Shown: positions 39,701 through 48,924, numbered from the whole stretch's first letter. The stretch: DNA of 48,924 bases, filler included, from Bipalium vagum (GCA_037834085.1; 2 parts of 2 records of this genome joined end to end with filler, not necessarily neighbours in it); one strand, 5' to 3'. Notes: a model not told the origin generated them from the letters alone. Translations and numbers: made by a program.

Positions 39701-40761
39701 ATATGTTTATTTAACAAAAGTGCAAATATAATTTGACTGTAAAATATCATTGATATCAAAATTTTCATTATTGTTATTATTTAACAATCAATGTTTAGTT
39801 TTATAAGAGACAATTAAACTATCAAAATTACTGAAACTTGATAAAACCCAATAATTCAGTTTTATTAAATTGTATAAAATTATTTACCTTTCGTTTTTTG
39901 ACAAAAATGACATTTTATAAAACTTTATTTTCCAAAAAGTCTGAAAAGGAAGTATTCATACCATGATAAATTATACCATTTAAAATTATTTCATTTTTTA
40001 TTTTGATTTTGTGAAAAAAATATAATTATAATTATTTAAAACTAATATAAATATTATTTGTAATTTTAAACTGTTTTATAAGTTTATACTTTTCTTCGTT
40101 TTGTTTATTATAACCTATTATATTTTATATTCTTTTTGTTCAATTCATTTTACAGCACTCCGCGAATAACACTAGTCATCCTGCTACTTCTAATGTTCGT
40201 GATAGACCTTCTTTCAATTTGAATTTAGAAACCAATAATTCCTCAATCAATAAGAATCCAATTGTACCCTCTGGCGATTTGCAAGATGCAACGCCTGTAA
40301 ATGAGTTAAAGTACAGTCTCAATGACCACTATTCTACGTATTGCTTTACTCCAGATGGAACAGAAGGACCTTTTAGTAAACAACGTACTATGCCATCCTG
40401 GCTTGATGGGCTAACTGTTAAATCAATAATGAATAACATACTCGGGAATCCTGTTGTGCATTTTCCTCATAGTGTAGCTAGTTCTTGCGAAGCTAAAACA
40501 ACAGTCAGTAGCTCTTTAGTCTCATCCACATTATCTTCCTCGACTGGTTCTTCTAGTATAATTGGTAGATTAACAAGCCTTCCACCTCTCGCTCAACGTC
40601 GACTTCCTCAGCCTGGCCTTAATCTAGTCATGAATATGAATAATTCTACTTCGGAAAATCGCATCGTACATCGGTTACGGAATATTGATGATCTTACAGA
40701 GGTTGAAGCAGTTCCAGCAAACTTTTCAGGTTCAGAAAATATTGGCTCACAAATTGATTGA
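27634..40761 (+). CDS. TRAK: Trafficking kinesin-binding protein (TRAK1/2, Milton family), 3' part: join(27634..27765,27821..28371,30855..31105,31156..31259,40156..40761)
   Basis: LTKELSELRDRYDECINLLNEHQ-DHIRQLKKK resembles the end of the HAP1_N coiled coil. [28 protein letters not shown] matches the Milton motif (PEKLQIVKPLEGSxTLxxWQQLA). All introns are GT-AG with compatible phases. 5' exons are absent. Confidence 0.88.
27821..28371 (+). CDS. TRAK: TRAK/Milton exon
   Basis: Follows a 55-bp intron (27766-27820); ataatag|GAC CAT is in frame with ORF 27836..28375; donor TAC AG|gtaatt; contains SLAMEFEES (resembling TRAK SLAAEIE). Confidence 0.85.
28710..29270 (+). mobile_element. mariner transposase relic in a TRAK intron
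   Basis: FSKFR, PRGR, QWVPREL, VTLDEK and IHYEFMKPGLSITAEICCNQL. Confidence 0.8.
30350..30571 (+). mobile_element. Possible mariner 3' end fragment
   Basis: TIR-like end GCAGTTACTTATGGACGACCTTG-TA preceded by SDGKY-like terminal codons. Confidence 0.4.
30855..31105 (+). CDS. TRAK: TRAK/Milton exon: conserved Milton motif
   Basis: Acceptor ttcttttag|A GTG (phase 2), donor TGT G|gtaatt; encodes [27 protein letters not shown]. Confidence 0.92.
31156..31259 (+). CDS. TRAK: TRAK/Milton exon
   Basis: Follows a 50-bp intron; acceptor gttgcag|AT GAT (phase 1), donor TTG|gttagt. Confidence 0.72.
31999..32156 (-). repeat. 3' LTR of Gypsy derivative 1
   Basis: Shares TAAGCACACTTAGAGT..., TTATTAATGGCAATTTT and GACTTAAGATTTCCA with 33762-33905. 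Confidence 0.8.
33762..33905 (-). repeat. 5' LTR of Gypsy derivative 1
   Basis: Direct repeat of 31999-32156, adjacent to the PBS-like TGGCGACC. Confidence 0.8.
36682..37960 (+). mobile_element. DD41D-type transposon, nested, degenerate
   Basis: About 39-bp TIRs CAGGGTGTCCCATAAGT(C/T)CCCG(T/C)GGAAAGTAAACTTAAA; IFFSDEVTF, NKHNVRY, FQ*DGAPAH, SPDLTPLD and GSHFEQ. Confidence 0.92.
38230..39347 (+). mobile_element. mariner element, nested, degenerate
   Basis: TIRs CATGGTGTG..CAATAAGTA with TA TSD; MSLEDVQYRIIIRFF, RKLCSRFVPRFLT, ITVDET, IFWNANG and HDNSPIH. Confidence 0.92.
40156..40761 (+). CDS. TRAK: Probable TRAK/Milton terminal exon (Ser-rich C-terminus)
   Basis: Strong acceptor ttcattttacag|CAC; phase 0 matches the donor at 31259; open frame to TGA at 40761; Ser/Thr-rich, with STYCFT resembling TRAK STYTFT. 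Confidence 0.72.
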   Translation, partial: HSANNTSHPATSNVRDRPSFNLNLETNNSSINKNPIVPSGDLQDATPVNELKYSLNDHYSTYCFTPDGTEGPFSKQRTMPSWLDGLTVKSIMNNILGNPVVHFPHSVASSCEAKTTVSSSLVSSTLSSSTGSSSIIGRLTSLPPLAQRRLPQPGLNLVMNMNNSTSENRIVHRLRNIDDLTEVEAVPANFSGSENIGSQID

Positions 40762-41209
40762 TAAATGATAATTATTATGGCTCTAATGGTCAGTATGTTC
40801 TGTGCTGGTGTCACAGTTATTGTGGATGGTGATTTTTTTTCCATTTTGAATTTTGTGTAATATTTATCAATTATGAGTGCTTTTTCATTATTTTTGAAAA
40901 AAATGAGCATGACATCAGATTTTACTAATTAGTCGATGAGAAGTAGTGAGTAGGGGTCAATTACAACGTTTCGTGAAAGTTAGAATACATGTTTAATTGA
41001 TGAAAGTAAAATAAGATTTCTTCGTACTTTAATACATAGGGTTTATTCACATGTATTTTTATTGATATTTTGGAGAATTTTAATAAATCGAGTTCTGGAA
41101 TTTTAATTGTTCTTTCATTTTTTACTCATTGTGTGATAAATTGAAAATTAGTCGGGGGATGTTTCAAATCCCAGTATTTCCGATTAATTTTCAACCAACA
41201 TGGCGAACA

Positions 41210-41525
41210 TACCAGGACCAAGAAAAAGGAACAGAAAGTAGAAGCATCAAAACTTTTTGAAGACATATATGTATATATATGTGGGCCTTTAAGAGAAACT
41301 ACCGGAAGGAAAAAACATATTTTTTTATTATAGATAAATATAGCAAATATATTTCTTTGACCGCGATGGTAAGACAAGATTAAAGCTCCGTGTAAAAGGT
41401 AATTGTGAATAATTGGATACTGAAGTTCGGAAATCCAAAAACAATAAATGTAGGTTATGGTAAAGCATTTGACTGAAAAGGCATAAATGATTTCGCAGAG
41501 TTAATATCAATCTCTGTTTTTCGTC
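41210..41525 (+). mobile_element. Gypsy integrase fragment, inverted relative to the neighbouring element
   Basis: Clear nucleotide similarity to the reverse complement of about 42560-42860, e.g. GAATAATTGGATACTGAAGTTCGGAAATCCAAAAACAA and CCTTTAAGAGAAACTACCGGAAGGAAAAAA. Confidence 0.85.
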
Positions 41526-41896
41526 AGGAATTTTGGTACATCATTTTAACAATTATGGGTCATAGATATCTTACGGAAGCCATGTTGAAATTTAGAAAAC
41601 AATTTGGGAGTATGATGATTTAAAGTGATAACCACAACAGAAATCTTGTCAAAATATATAATAAAGGCACAAAATCAAAGGTATTCTTTCTTAAACTTTG
41701 ACGGTATATAATAATTTATGTAATGTAAGATAGTAGTCAATTAATAAGTTTAATTCAACTAAAACTATTGAGATTCGACTTTCATTTATTTTGTGCATGT
41801 AACAAATTTATTGATCCTGGAAAATATTACTTTAAAAATTAGGTTAGTCCCATTATTTTGGAAGGAATAATGAATTTAATAATTTACATTGGCCAG

Positions 41897-42107
41897 TGTT
41901 AATATCAATCAATTTGTAATACGAATTAGAAGTCATTTTTTAATAGATTTATTAAGTTATAAAACAAATAATAACAGATTTTCTCACACCTGGAAATTCA
42001 TTTTTTTATTAAATTTTAAAAAAACGTTTACTTTTTAAAATTTCATTCATACTTTTTAAATATTTTAAAATAATTAAAAAATTCCCCAGGTCTGATTAGC
42101 CTTCTCA
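41897..42107 (-). repeat. 3' LTR of Gypsy element 2
   Basis: TGTTAATATCAATC...CCAGGTCTGATTAGCCTTCTCA, a direct repeat of 44995-45220. Confidence 0.9.
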
Positions 42108-44290
42108 TGCAGCCGTTCTCAAAAATTTTTTAATTTTCTCGACATTCCTATCAATTCTTTTTCCGCCTGGCTTTTGTAAGGCGTATCTTTGGTCATGCAC
42201 TTTTAGGACGATCTCATGTGGTCCTTCATATTTTTCATTTTCTTTTCCTCGAGCTTCGACCTTCACCAGCACTTTTTCTCCTATGACAAATGTCCTCTTT
42301 GTATTATCTTTTATATTTGAAATCTGTTTCTCATCTGCCTTATATATTCTATCTCTATAGATCTTTTTACCAAACACCATTTCAACCGGACTTATTTCAA
42401 TTGTTTTCTGTAGAGTAGAATTGAGAGCAAATTCTACTTCTGACAGGATCTCGGCCCAGTCGTTGGTCTCTCTTTCGCTTAAAGTTGCGTTCAACAAATC
42501 GCGCGCGGTTCTGGATTGTCTTTCTATTTGGCCATTTGTGTTGTGATGGTATGGACTCGAAAAACAGAGATTGGCATTAACACTCTTTGAAAAAATTTTT
42601 TCATTAGATTTTTTAGACTCATTCTTTTTTAGATTCAAATGCTTTATCACAATCTACATTTGTTGTTTTTGGATTTCCGAACTTCAGTATCCAATTATTC
42701 ATAATCTTTTGCACGGAGCTTTCATCTTGTCTTGTTTATAATAAAAAAAAATATTTTTTTCCTTCCGGTAGTTTCTCTTAAAGGCTCACATATATCTACA
42801 TTTATGTCCTCAAAAAGATCTGACGCCTCTACTTTCTGTACCTCTTCCTTTGTCCTCGTTGTGACAACTTTATATCTTTGACAAGCTCCACACGTTTTAA
42901 TGATCTCCTGGGCTTTTTCTTTCAAATTTGGAATTGAATAATTATCTTTTATATAATAGGCAGCTTTTTTCAGCTCCAGCATGTGCCAACATATGATGAA
43001 CCGACCAAACGATATCTTGAAACGCCTTATCTTCGCACATTTTAGTTCTTTATGCTTCTGTCTCAAGCTTACGCACATCTATTGTTCCGCGTCTAAAATC
43101 TTTGTTCGAACTCCTTTTTTGGTTCTTCATGCTGTGCCTGACATTGCGCACATTTATCGCATTTACACCTTGAAAGCATATCTGCATTTGAATGTGCGAT
43201 CTCTTTCCTATAGTCTAATCTTTCTATACTACTGAAATAATTGATCCACGTTTGAAATTGTAAGGTAATTGGTTTCTTTGTTGTTAGAATAAAGGTTAGT
43301 GCTTTTTGATCCGTACGTACCATATAAATAATGATTGAAATGGTTAAAAAACTAATACACAGCCAACAGCTCTTTCCCTGTCACACAGTAGCCTTTTTCA
43401 TGAGCGTTCATTGAATGCGAGCCATATGCTGCCACTCTTTCATGACCATTTGAATCTATCTGTGAAAAACTGCACCAATTGTGTCGAAACTTGCATCTGT
43501 ATCAAGAATAAGTTCTTTATTCATATATGGAAAGCATACTATTGGACTGGATATTAGTGCCGCCTTCAGCTCCTCAAAAGCTTTGCTTACTTTTGGTGTC
43601 CAAATCAATTTCTTATTATTAATTTCGCATAATCGTTCCATAGTTTTTGCTTTCTGTGCATACCCTTTTATGAATCGTCTATAGTAATGACATTTACCCA
43701 AAAAGATCCTCAGGTTTTTTATACATTTGGGTTGCGTAAATGTTCGGATAGCATCTATTTTTGATTGGTTTTTTTGAACACCCTCTTTGTTTACAATATG
43801 GCCGAGGAATTTGACTTCGTCCTTTAATACTTTAATAAGTAATTGACATTTCTCGGGATTAATTCTTAAGCCAGTTTCTTTGATGCTCATTAAAACCTGA
43901 TTTAGGACAGTTTAATGTCTTTCCAAACTCCTCGTAAAAACCAGAATATCATCTACATATACTATAGCTTCTTTGATTTTACCGATGATCTTTGTCATTG
44001 CTTCTTGAAACGTTCCTGGTGCCACTGAAATGTCAAATGTCATTCTATTAAAACAGTACTGTCCATCTTTAGTAGAAATCTCTAGTCTTCTCTTGTAAAA
44101 CTTTGTCCAGTTCAACTTGATAATAAGCATTACCCGGGTCTATTGAGCTAAAATAACGTACTCCACCTAACTCATCTAACATTTCGTCAATGTTTGGCAT
44201 TGGAAATGCTTGTCTTTCGGTCATTACATTAAGTCTTCTAAAGTCCAGACAAATTCGAATGTTTTTCTTCTCTTTTTTCCAAACGCACAT
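42105..44290 (-). pseudogene. pol: Gypsy pol pseudogene (RT, RNase H, integrase)
   Basis: RICLDFRRLN, FSSIDPGNAYYQV, YVDDILVF, VKFLGH, LDTDAS, ELLAV, VRTDQKAL, CGAC, NGQIERQ and YEGPHEI; many frameshifts. Confidence 0.93.
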
Positions 44291-44491
44291 CTAAATAAAT
44301 CTACGATAGTTGATTAACTTTTCCAAATCACCCATCATATCTTTTGGTTTGGAAAAAGCCAATCGTAATCTTCCATCGAATCCACTAATTTTTCCGGCCG
44401 TGCTTTCGTACTTCTCTACTAAATCTAAGTCTAATAGACAATAGATCAATGTTTCCCTTCTTTTCACTGGTTTCTCTTTTACCGTGAAGTA

Positions 44492-44891
44492 CCGTAGATA
44501 CTCGAATATATGTCGCGGTTTTTTTCTATAAAATTTGATGAAAAAAATGGGGTCGACTTATATAAGAGTCATAGCAGTTTTAACCAATGTGATGGCTGTA
44601 TTTATGCAATGTATCACGTTGTGTTCATAATTGAATACTGCTTATCATTTATGTTTCGTTTTTTATCCAGTTTTTTTCAGCATCACAGTGCTACGCATGA
44701 TAAATTTATTTCAAATTTCTCACAGCTTTTTTTAGCACGTCGCACAGGTCCAAATGTACGAAAGAGGAAACTACCCAGACATGTATATTTTTACCTCGAC
44801 TTATATAAGAGTCATGCGGTTTTTCACAAAATTTCCCATTTTTTCCCCCTCGACTTATACACGAGGTCGACTTATATTCGAGTATTTACGG
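44492..44891. mobile_element. 400-bp pogo/Tc2-like MITE inserted in Gypsy gag
   Basis: TIRs CCGTA(G/A)ATACTCGAATATA(T/A)GTCG with TA TSD; removing it plus one TA restores the gag frame (AGG TAC TTC); repeated subterminal TCGACTTATA motif. Confidence 0.9.
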
Positions 44892-44994
44892 TACCTTATG
44901 CACTGCGCGATGAATTTTTCAACATCGTCACCCTTACAGAACGTTTTTGGTTGGAGACGTTCAGCGATCTGATCCTAGTCGGTGATGACTGCCA

Positions 44995-45220
44995 TGTTAA
45001 TATCAATCGGTTTGTAATCAGAATTAGAAGTCATTTTTTGAATAGATTTATTAAGTAATAAAACAAATAATTTTTAAAAAAATTTTCTCAGACCTGGAAA
45101 TACCTTTTATTATTAAATTGTGAAAATAAGTTTGTTTTTAAAATTTTATTTATACTTTTTTAAATATTTAAAAATAATTAAAATAATTAAATAATTCCCC
45201 AGGTCTGATTATCCTCCTCA
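44995..45220 (-). repeat. 5' LTR of Gypsy element 2
   Basis: TGTTAATATCAATC...CCAGGTCTGATTATCCTCCTCA; on the minus strand it is followed directly by TGGCAGTC. Confidence 0.9.
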
Positions 45221-45254
45221 TAGCCAGATTTGTGAAATACATCTTAATTATTTA

Positions 45255-45535
45255 ATCTAGACCTAAAAGCATTGGTAGCTGAAGATCCGTATCAAATTCA
45301 AACTGATCTCGCTAAATCATTCAATGTTTGTCAATCTTTAATTACCTGACGTCTAAAAGCCATGAGAAAGGTATACAAAGTATGAAGGTGGATACCACAC
45401 GAGCTCAAGGTGAAAGACATGAAAAGACGTTAAGTCATGAGTGAAATTTTGCTTGCTCGACAAAAAAAGGAAACGTTTCCTGCACCGAATTATTACGCGT
45501 GATGAAAAGTGTGTTTCTTTTGAAAAGCCTTAACA
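45255..45535 (+). mobile_element. mariner (Mos1-like) internal transposase fragment
   Basis: DLKALVAEDPYQIQTDLA, RLKAM, RWIPHEL and FLHRIITRDEK. Confidence 0.85.
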
Positions 45536-46564
45536 AAAGCCTTGATACAAATTTTTTTGTACGCTAATAATAAATGTATTCGTATGGTTAATTTTCGTAT
45601 TACTCATTTTCGAACATTCAAAAATAATTTATGCTTACAATTCTAAAAACAACTATTTACATATTCTTATTCTTATTTTATATATCCTGGATAGCTATTA
45701 TACTTGGAAACAATAGACTTTTATAAAAAATGTTTTCTTTTTTAGTGAAATTGTTATTTTTTTATTTGTATATTTATCGTACGGGTGATTATTGGAGTAT
45801 ATGTATGTGTTTTTGCATTTTCATGAAGCAGAATTACTCTTTTCCTGTTGACCACTGAAGGCTACTTAATGCTCAATTTTGGTGTTTTATTTCTAGATGA
45901 AACCATTAGATGCCCGTTGTGATACAAATATGGAGAATACCAAAATTTTCAGCTAATTAGTCACTTGATGAACTGAGTAATTTCAAAAAATATATAATTT
46001 CTTAGATCTCAACTATTAAATAAACGATTATCTCTTTTCATTCATTTGATTTTATACACAACAATTTTATTCATTTTGTTGTCTAAAAACATTTACTTCT
46101 CATCTTAGAAATGTCGCCAGTCATAATTTTTCAATAATATTTAATTGCTTTAGATATCTGAGATTAATCAAAGAATTATTTTCAATTTTATTTATATTTG
46201 ATAAATATAAATCTTGACATAATTAAAACAATTTTATTATATCATAAATTTTCGATAATTTTAGTTTTTTATTTCGCTGTTTTGACCAATTTGAAAAAAA
46301 TTGAAGTAAAATTAATTGTACATATTAGAAACTAGATAACATTGAATTATATTATATATTTCATTAAAATGACAGTACAATGATATTTATTAAATAAATG
46401 CTTGTTTTACAACCAATATGAGACCATAAGAAACTTAGGAAAAAATCACAAAATTATAAAGAGCTTTTATTATTCAAAAGTTTAAGGAATAAAAATAAAA
46501 GTCTATTGATTAAATTTGGAAATAAATAAAACTCGTCATTATAAAACTAAGATTATTTTAAAGA

Positions 46565-48094
46565 CTATATTGTGGAACACGATCTGTCGTGAATCAACTT
46601 CTTTTGCCTAAGCTTGTAAACCAGTAAACAGAGCAATATAAGTCTGATAAATGTCAAGATTCCTTGTATGAGAAAAAATGATTTATATTGATCAAATTGA
46701 ATAACAACGCCTGAGGTGACAGGAGCAAAAATAAGACCTAATGCCTGAAAGAATCTTGTCAGAGGATAAGCAATGATTCCTGGTCGGCACAAAACATCTT
46801 CTGCTAATGCGTAAGTGTATCCGTTTGTAAAGGCCATAACCAGACCACATACAAGAGCAAGAAAATGGGCATCACCATTTGCAAATGTATCAATATGAAT
46901 GGCTTGAGTAATGTGCCATCCAATGAAGACAAATGTTAATAGTATTGTACCTATTGTGTAAATATGTAAAAGATGGTGACGCATTTGATCTCCTAATCCT
47001 ATTGCTATCACAAATCCTATAACTTCTCCTCCACCAAATGACATCATTACCAATGATGCTTTTTCGAGACTTTCCTGAATTTCAACAACCATATAGTCCA
47101 CTAAATTTAAAACAACATTGTACAAAACCATTGTATGAAGAGCTCGTTCCACAAACCATAATATAGCTGTTCTATCGAAAAGCAATTTTTTAGTTTCTGC
47201 GTTAAAATAGAAATTTTTTACTTCAGGTAATGGAGGAACGGTTTCTTCTATAGTTACCCTTTCCTGGTTTTCAATTACTTCATCAGAACTAGTTGAATAT
47301 AAAGACTGATCATTTTCGATGATTTCAATTTCATTAACTTCTTCATAAGAAGTAGATTGAAGATCAGAATGATCCTCATAGTTTATAGGTTGTCCAACTT
47401 TGTCAGTTCTTTCTTTATACATTGTTCTTATAGAATGTTGATAGTTTTTTGGTTCAACAATAATGGTGATTACAATTCCAATAACTAAAAGAATGGCAAA
47501 TGAAAGATACACCTGTTGCCAATGAGTTGTCTGAAGAATCACACCAAATAATGGACACATAATTATCGTTCCCCAAGGTCCAGCATCAGTGAATGCACTT
47601 GCTAATACATGGTATTTATTCTCTCTGGGAAAGAGTTCTGTTAGTCGTATTGCTATAATGGAAACAATGATCGACGTTCCAATTCCTTGAATTATTGAAT
47701 CTGTGACAATAAGAGAATCCGGTTGTATGATAAAATTTGTCGATATACACCCAATTAAGATAACCATTGCACATTGTACAGTTATACGACCTCCAAGAGC
47801 TGGTGGTTTTAAGCTTATCAAAAATCCAGTTACAAAGGGACTTCCAGCAAGAGTTATTGCAACACCAAGATCCCCGATAAAATTAAGAAAGGAAATCGAG
47901 CATCTGTGAGCAACTGAAGTACATGTCTTATTTTGAAAATGTGCCAGAACAACACCAAAACATCTTCCTTTACCAGATAAGATAATGCTAAGAAATATCG
48001 CACTACATATTGTAATATATTTTTTTATGTTTACGAAAATTTGGATATTTTTCCACGGCCATTTTACTGTTGAGAGATAATCAACAAATTTCAT
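46565..48094 (-). CDS. Major facilitator superfamily transporter, monocarboxylate transporter (SLC16)-like, single exon, 509 aa
   Basis: Uninterrupted ATG-to-stop ORF with two blocks of about six hydrophobic segments around a long acidic loop. MCT-like motifs: G..CFGV in TM1, LGGR after TM2, QGIG in TM4, LFPR..LASAF after TM4, WQQVY before TM6. Confidence 0.85.
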   Translation of the reverse strand: MKFVDYLSTVKWPWKNIQIFVNIKKYITICSAIFLSIILSGKGRCFGVVLAHFQNKTCTSVAHRCSISFLNFIGDLGVAITLAGSPFVTGFLISLKPPALGGRITVQCAMVILIGCISTNFIIQPDSLIVTDSIIQGIGTSIIVSIIAIRLTELFPRENKYHVLASAFTDAGPWGTIIMCPLFGVILQTTHWQQVYLSFAILLVIGIVITIIVEPKNYQHSIRTMYKERTDKVGQPINYEDHSDLQSTSYEEVNEIEIIENDQSLYSTSSDEVIENQERVTIEETVPPLPEVKNFYFNAETKKLLFDRTAILWFVERALHTMVLYNVVLNLVDYMVVEIQESLEKASLVMMSFGGGEVIGFVIAIGLGDQMRHHLLHIYTIGTILLTFVFIGWHITQAIHIDTFANGDAHFLALVCGLVMAFTNGYTYALAEDVLCRPGIIAYPLTRFFQALGLIFAPVTSGVVIQFDQYKSFFLIQGILTFIRLILLCLLVYKLRQKKLIHDRSCSTI

Positions 48095-48924
48095 GATTCA
48101 GTTGGAAAAGAAAATATATTTTTCTCAGTGTTACTGCTATATAATAATAGCAGGATGTAATTAATAACTAATTTTGGAACTTAAAGCATAAATGTGAAAA
48201 GAAAGAGATAATAAATTTAGTAATTATTTTGAAGTTCCCAATTTTCTATCAATTTTCACTAACATAAAGCATTATTTGAAATCATCTCAAGATTAATTTT
48301 CTTGGAATCAAAGACTTGATCGATATTAATTTTATATAAATATATTTTATATAAAATTATTATGCAATGTGCGATAAGGGAAGTTTATTTTTTCTTTTTT
48401 ATTAGAATAATTTGTAAAAATGTATTAAATAGCAAAAATATTTTACTCAATGAAAATTATTTCTCTGCATGTTTGACATTTATTTAAATATCTTTTAGAT
48501 ATATATAAAATTATATATTGTTTAAATTTGTTATTTAATGGGTTGTTTTAATTCCATTATTTTAATCATGCATTTCAAAAAATAAAATAATTTTTTTGCT
48601 TTTCAGACTGATTTTCTGAAAAATAGCGTTATAAAAATTAATTAATAATATTTCAGTTGCACCATTAGGTTGAGGCCATCCATAAATTATATAATTAAAT
48701 AAATATTATAAATAATTTATTAAAATTTTTAATTATATTATTGGAGAATTTAAAAGTAAATTTCAAGAGAATATATATGCAGCAGAATGTCAAACAACTC
48801 TCAAATAAGGACAGGGAAAAACACTACAGTGCGCGTAAAGTCTGTAAACCCCCTATAAAAAATACTAATTTTAATTGAAAAGAATATTTTAAACAACGAA
48901 ATTTATTAAATGAACAAGTCTTAA

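Larger units (their letters stand above)
36209..39851 (-). mobile_element. Outer mariner element split into three pieces by two nested insertions
   Basis: Pieces 39350-39851 (N-terminal HTH), 37961-38227 (MVTIDEKWIYF, WWNYEG) and 36209-36681 (QHDN, HPSYSPNLAPSDF) are collinear, about 1.25 kb after removing the inserts; degenerate TIRs with TA flanks. Confidence 0.85.
41897..45220 (-). mobile_element. Gypsy/Ty3 LTR retrotransposon with both LTRs; most of gag and the protease deleted
   Basis: TG...CA LTRs at 41897-42107 and 44995-45220; Gypsy domain order RT-RH-INT; gag N-terminus at about 44300-44995 interrupted by a MITE. Confidence 0.92.

Noticed and set aside
44510-45058. 182-aa plus-strand ORF
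   Set aside because: Runs across the MITE, antisense gag and LTR; a composite of repeats with no recognisable domain.
1-48924. tRNA, rRNA, telomeric arrays or prokaryotic operons
   Set aside because: No recognisable signatures by eye; tRNAscan-SE or Infernal would be needed to exclude small ncRNAs formally.

Overview
Very AT-rich eukaryotic (metazoan) genomic DNA with spliceosomal GT-AG introns. The ATT/TAA low-complexity tracts, ~50-60 bp minimal introns beside multi-kb transposon-filled introns, and dense Tc1/mariner relics suggest an invertebrate, possibly a planarian flatworm (inference only). An artificial 100-nt spacer at 27200-27299 (44 N + TTAATTAATTAA + 44 N) splits the window into two pieces that may not be adjacent in the genome. 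Left piece: six minus-strand exons of a TRPC-family cation channel (S1 to TRP box, most like TRPC3/6/7). Right piece: five plus-strand exons of the 3' part of a TRAK/Milton kinesin-mitochondria adaptor, and an intronless 509-aa SLC16/MCT-like MFS transporter on the minus strand. The rest holds about 18 degenerate Tc1/mariner-superfamily relics (DD34D mariner, Tc1/Tc3-like, maT-like, DD41D-type, pogo), several nested, plus a Merlin-like MITE with a perfect 8-bp TSD and two related, internally deleted Gypsy LTR elements. The most unusual structure is the Gypsy architecture. In both copies the gag ATG overlaps the PBS-position TGG at the LTR edge. In the larger copy the pol stop codon is the first triplet of the 3' LTR, there is no clear polypurine tract, and both LTRs carry an internal inverted repeat. 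No rRNA, tRNA or CRISPR array was seen. All family assignments come from motif recognition by eye; no database search was run.
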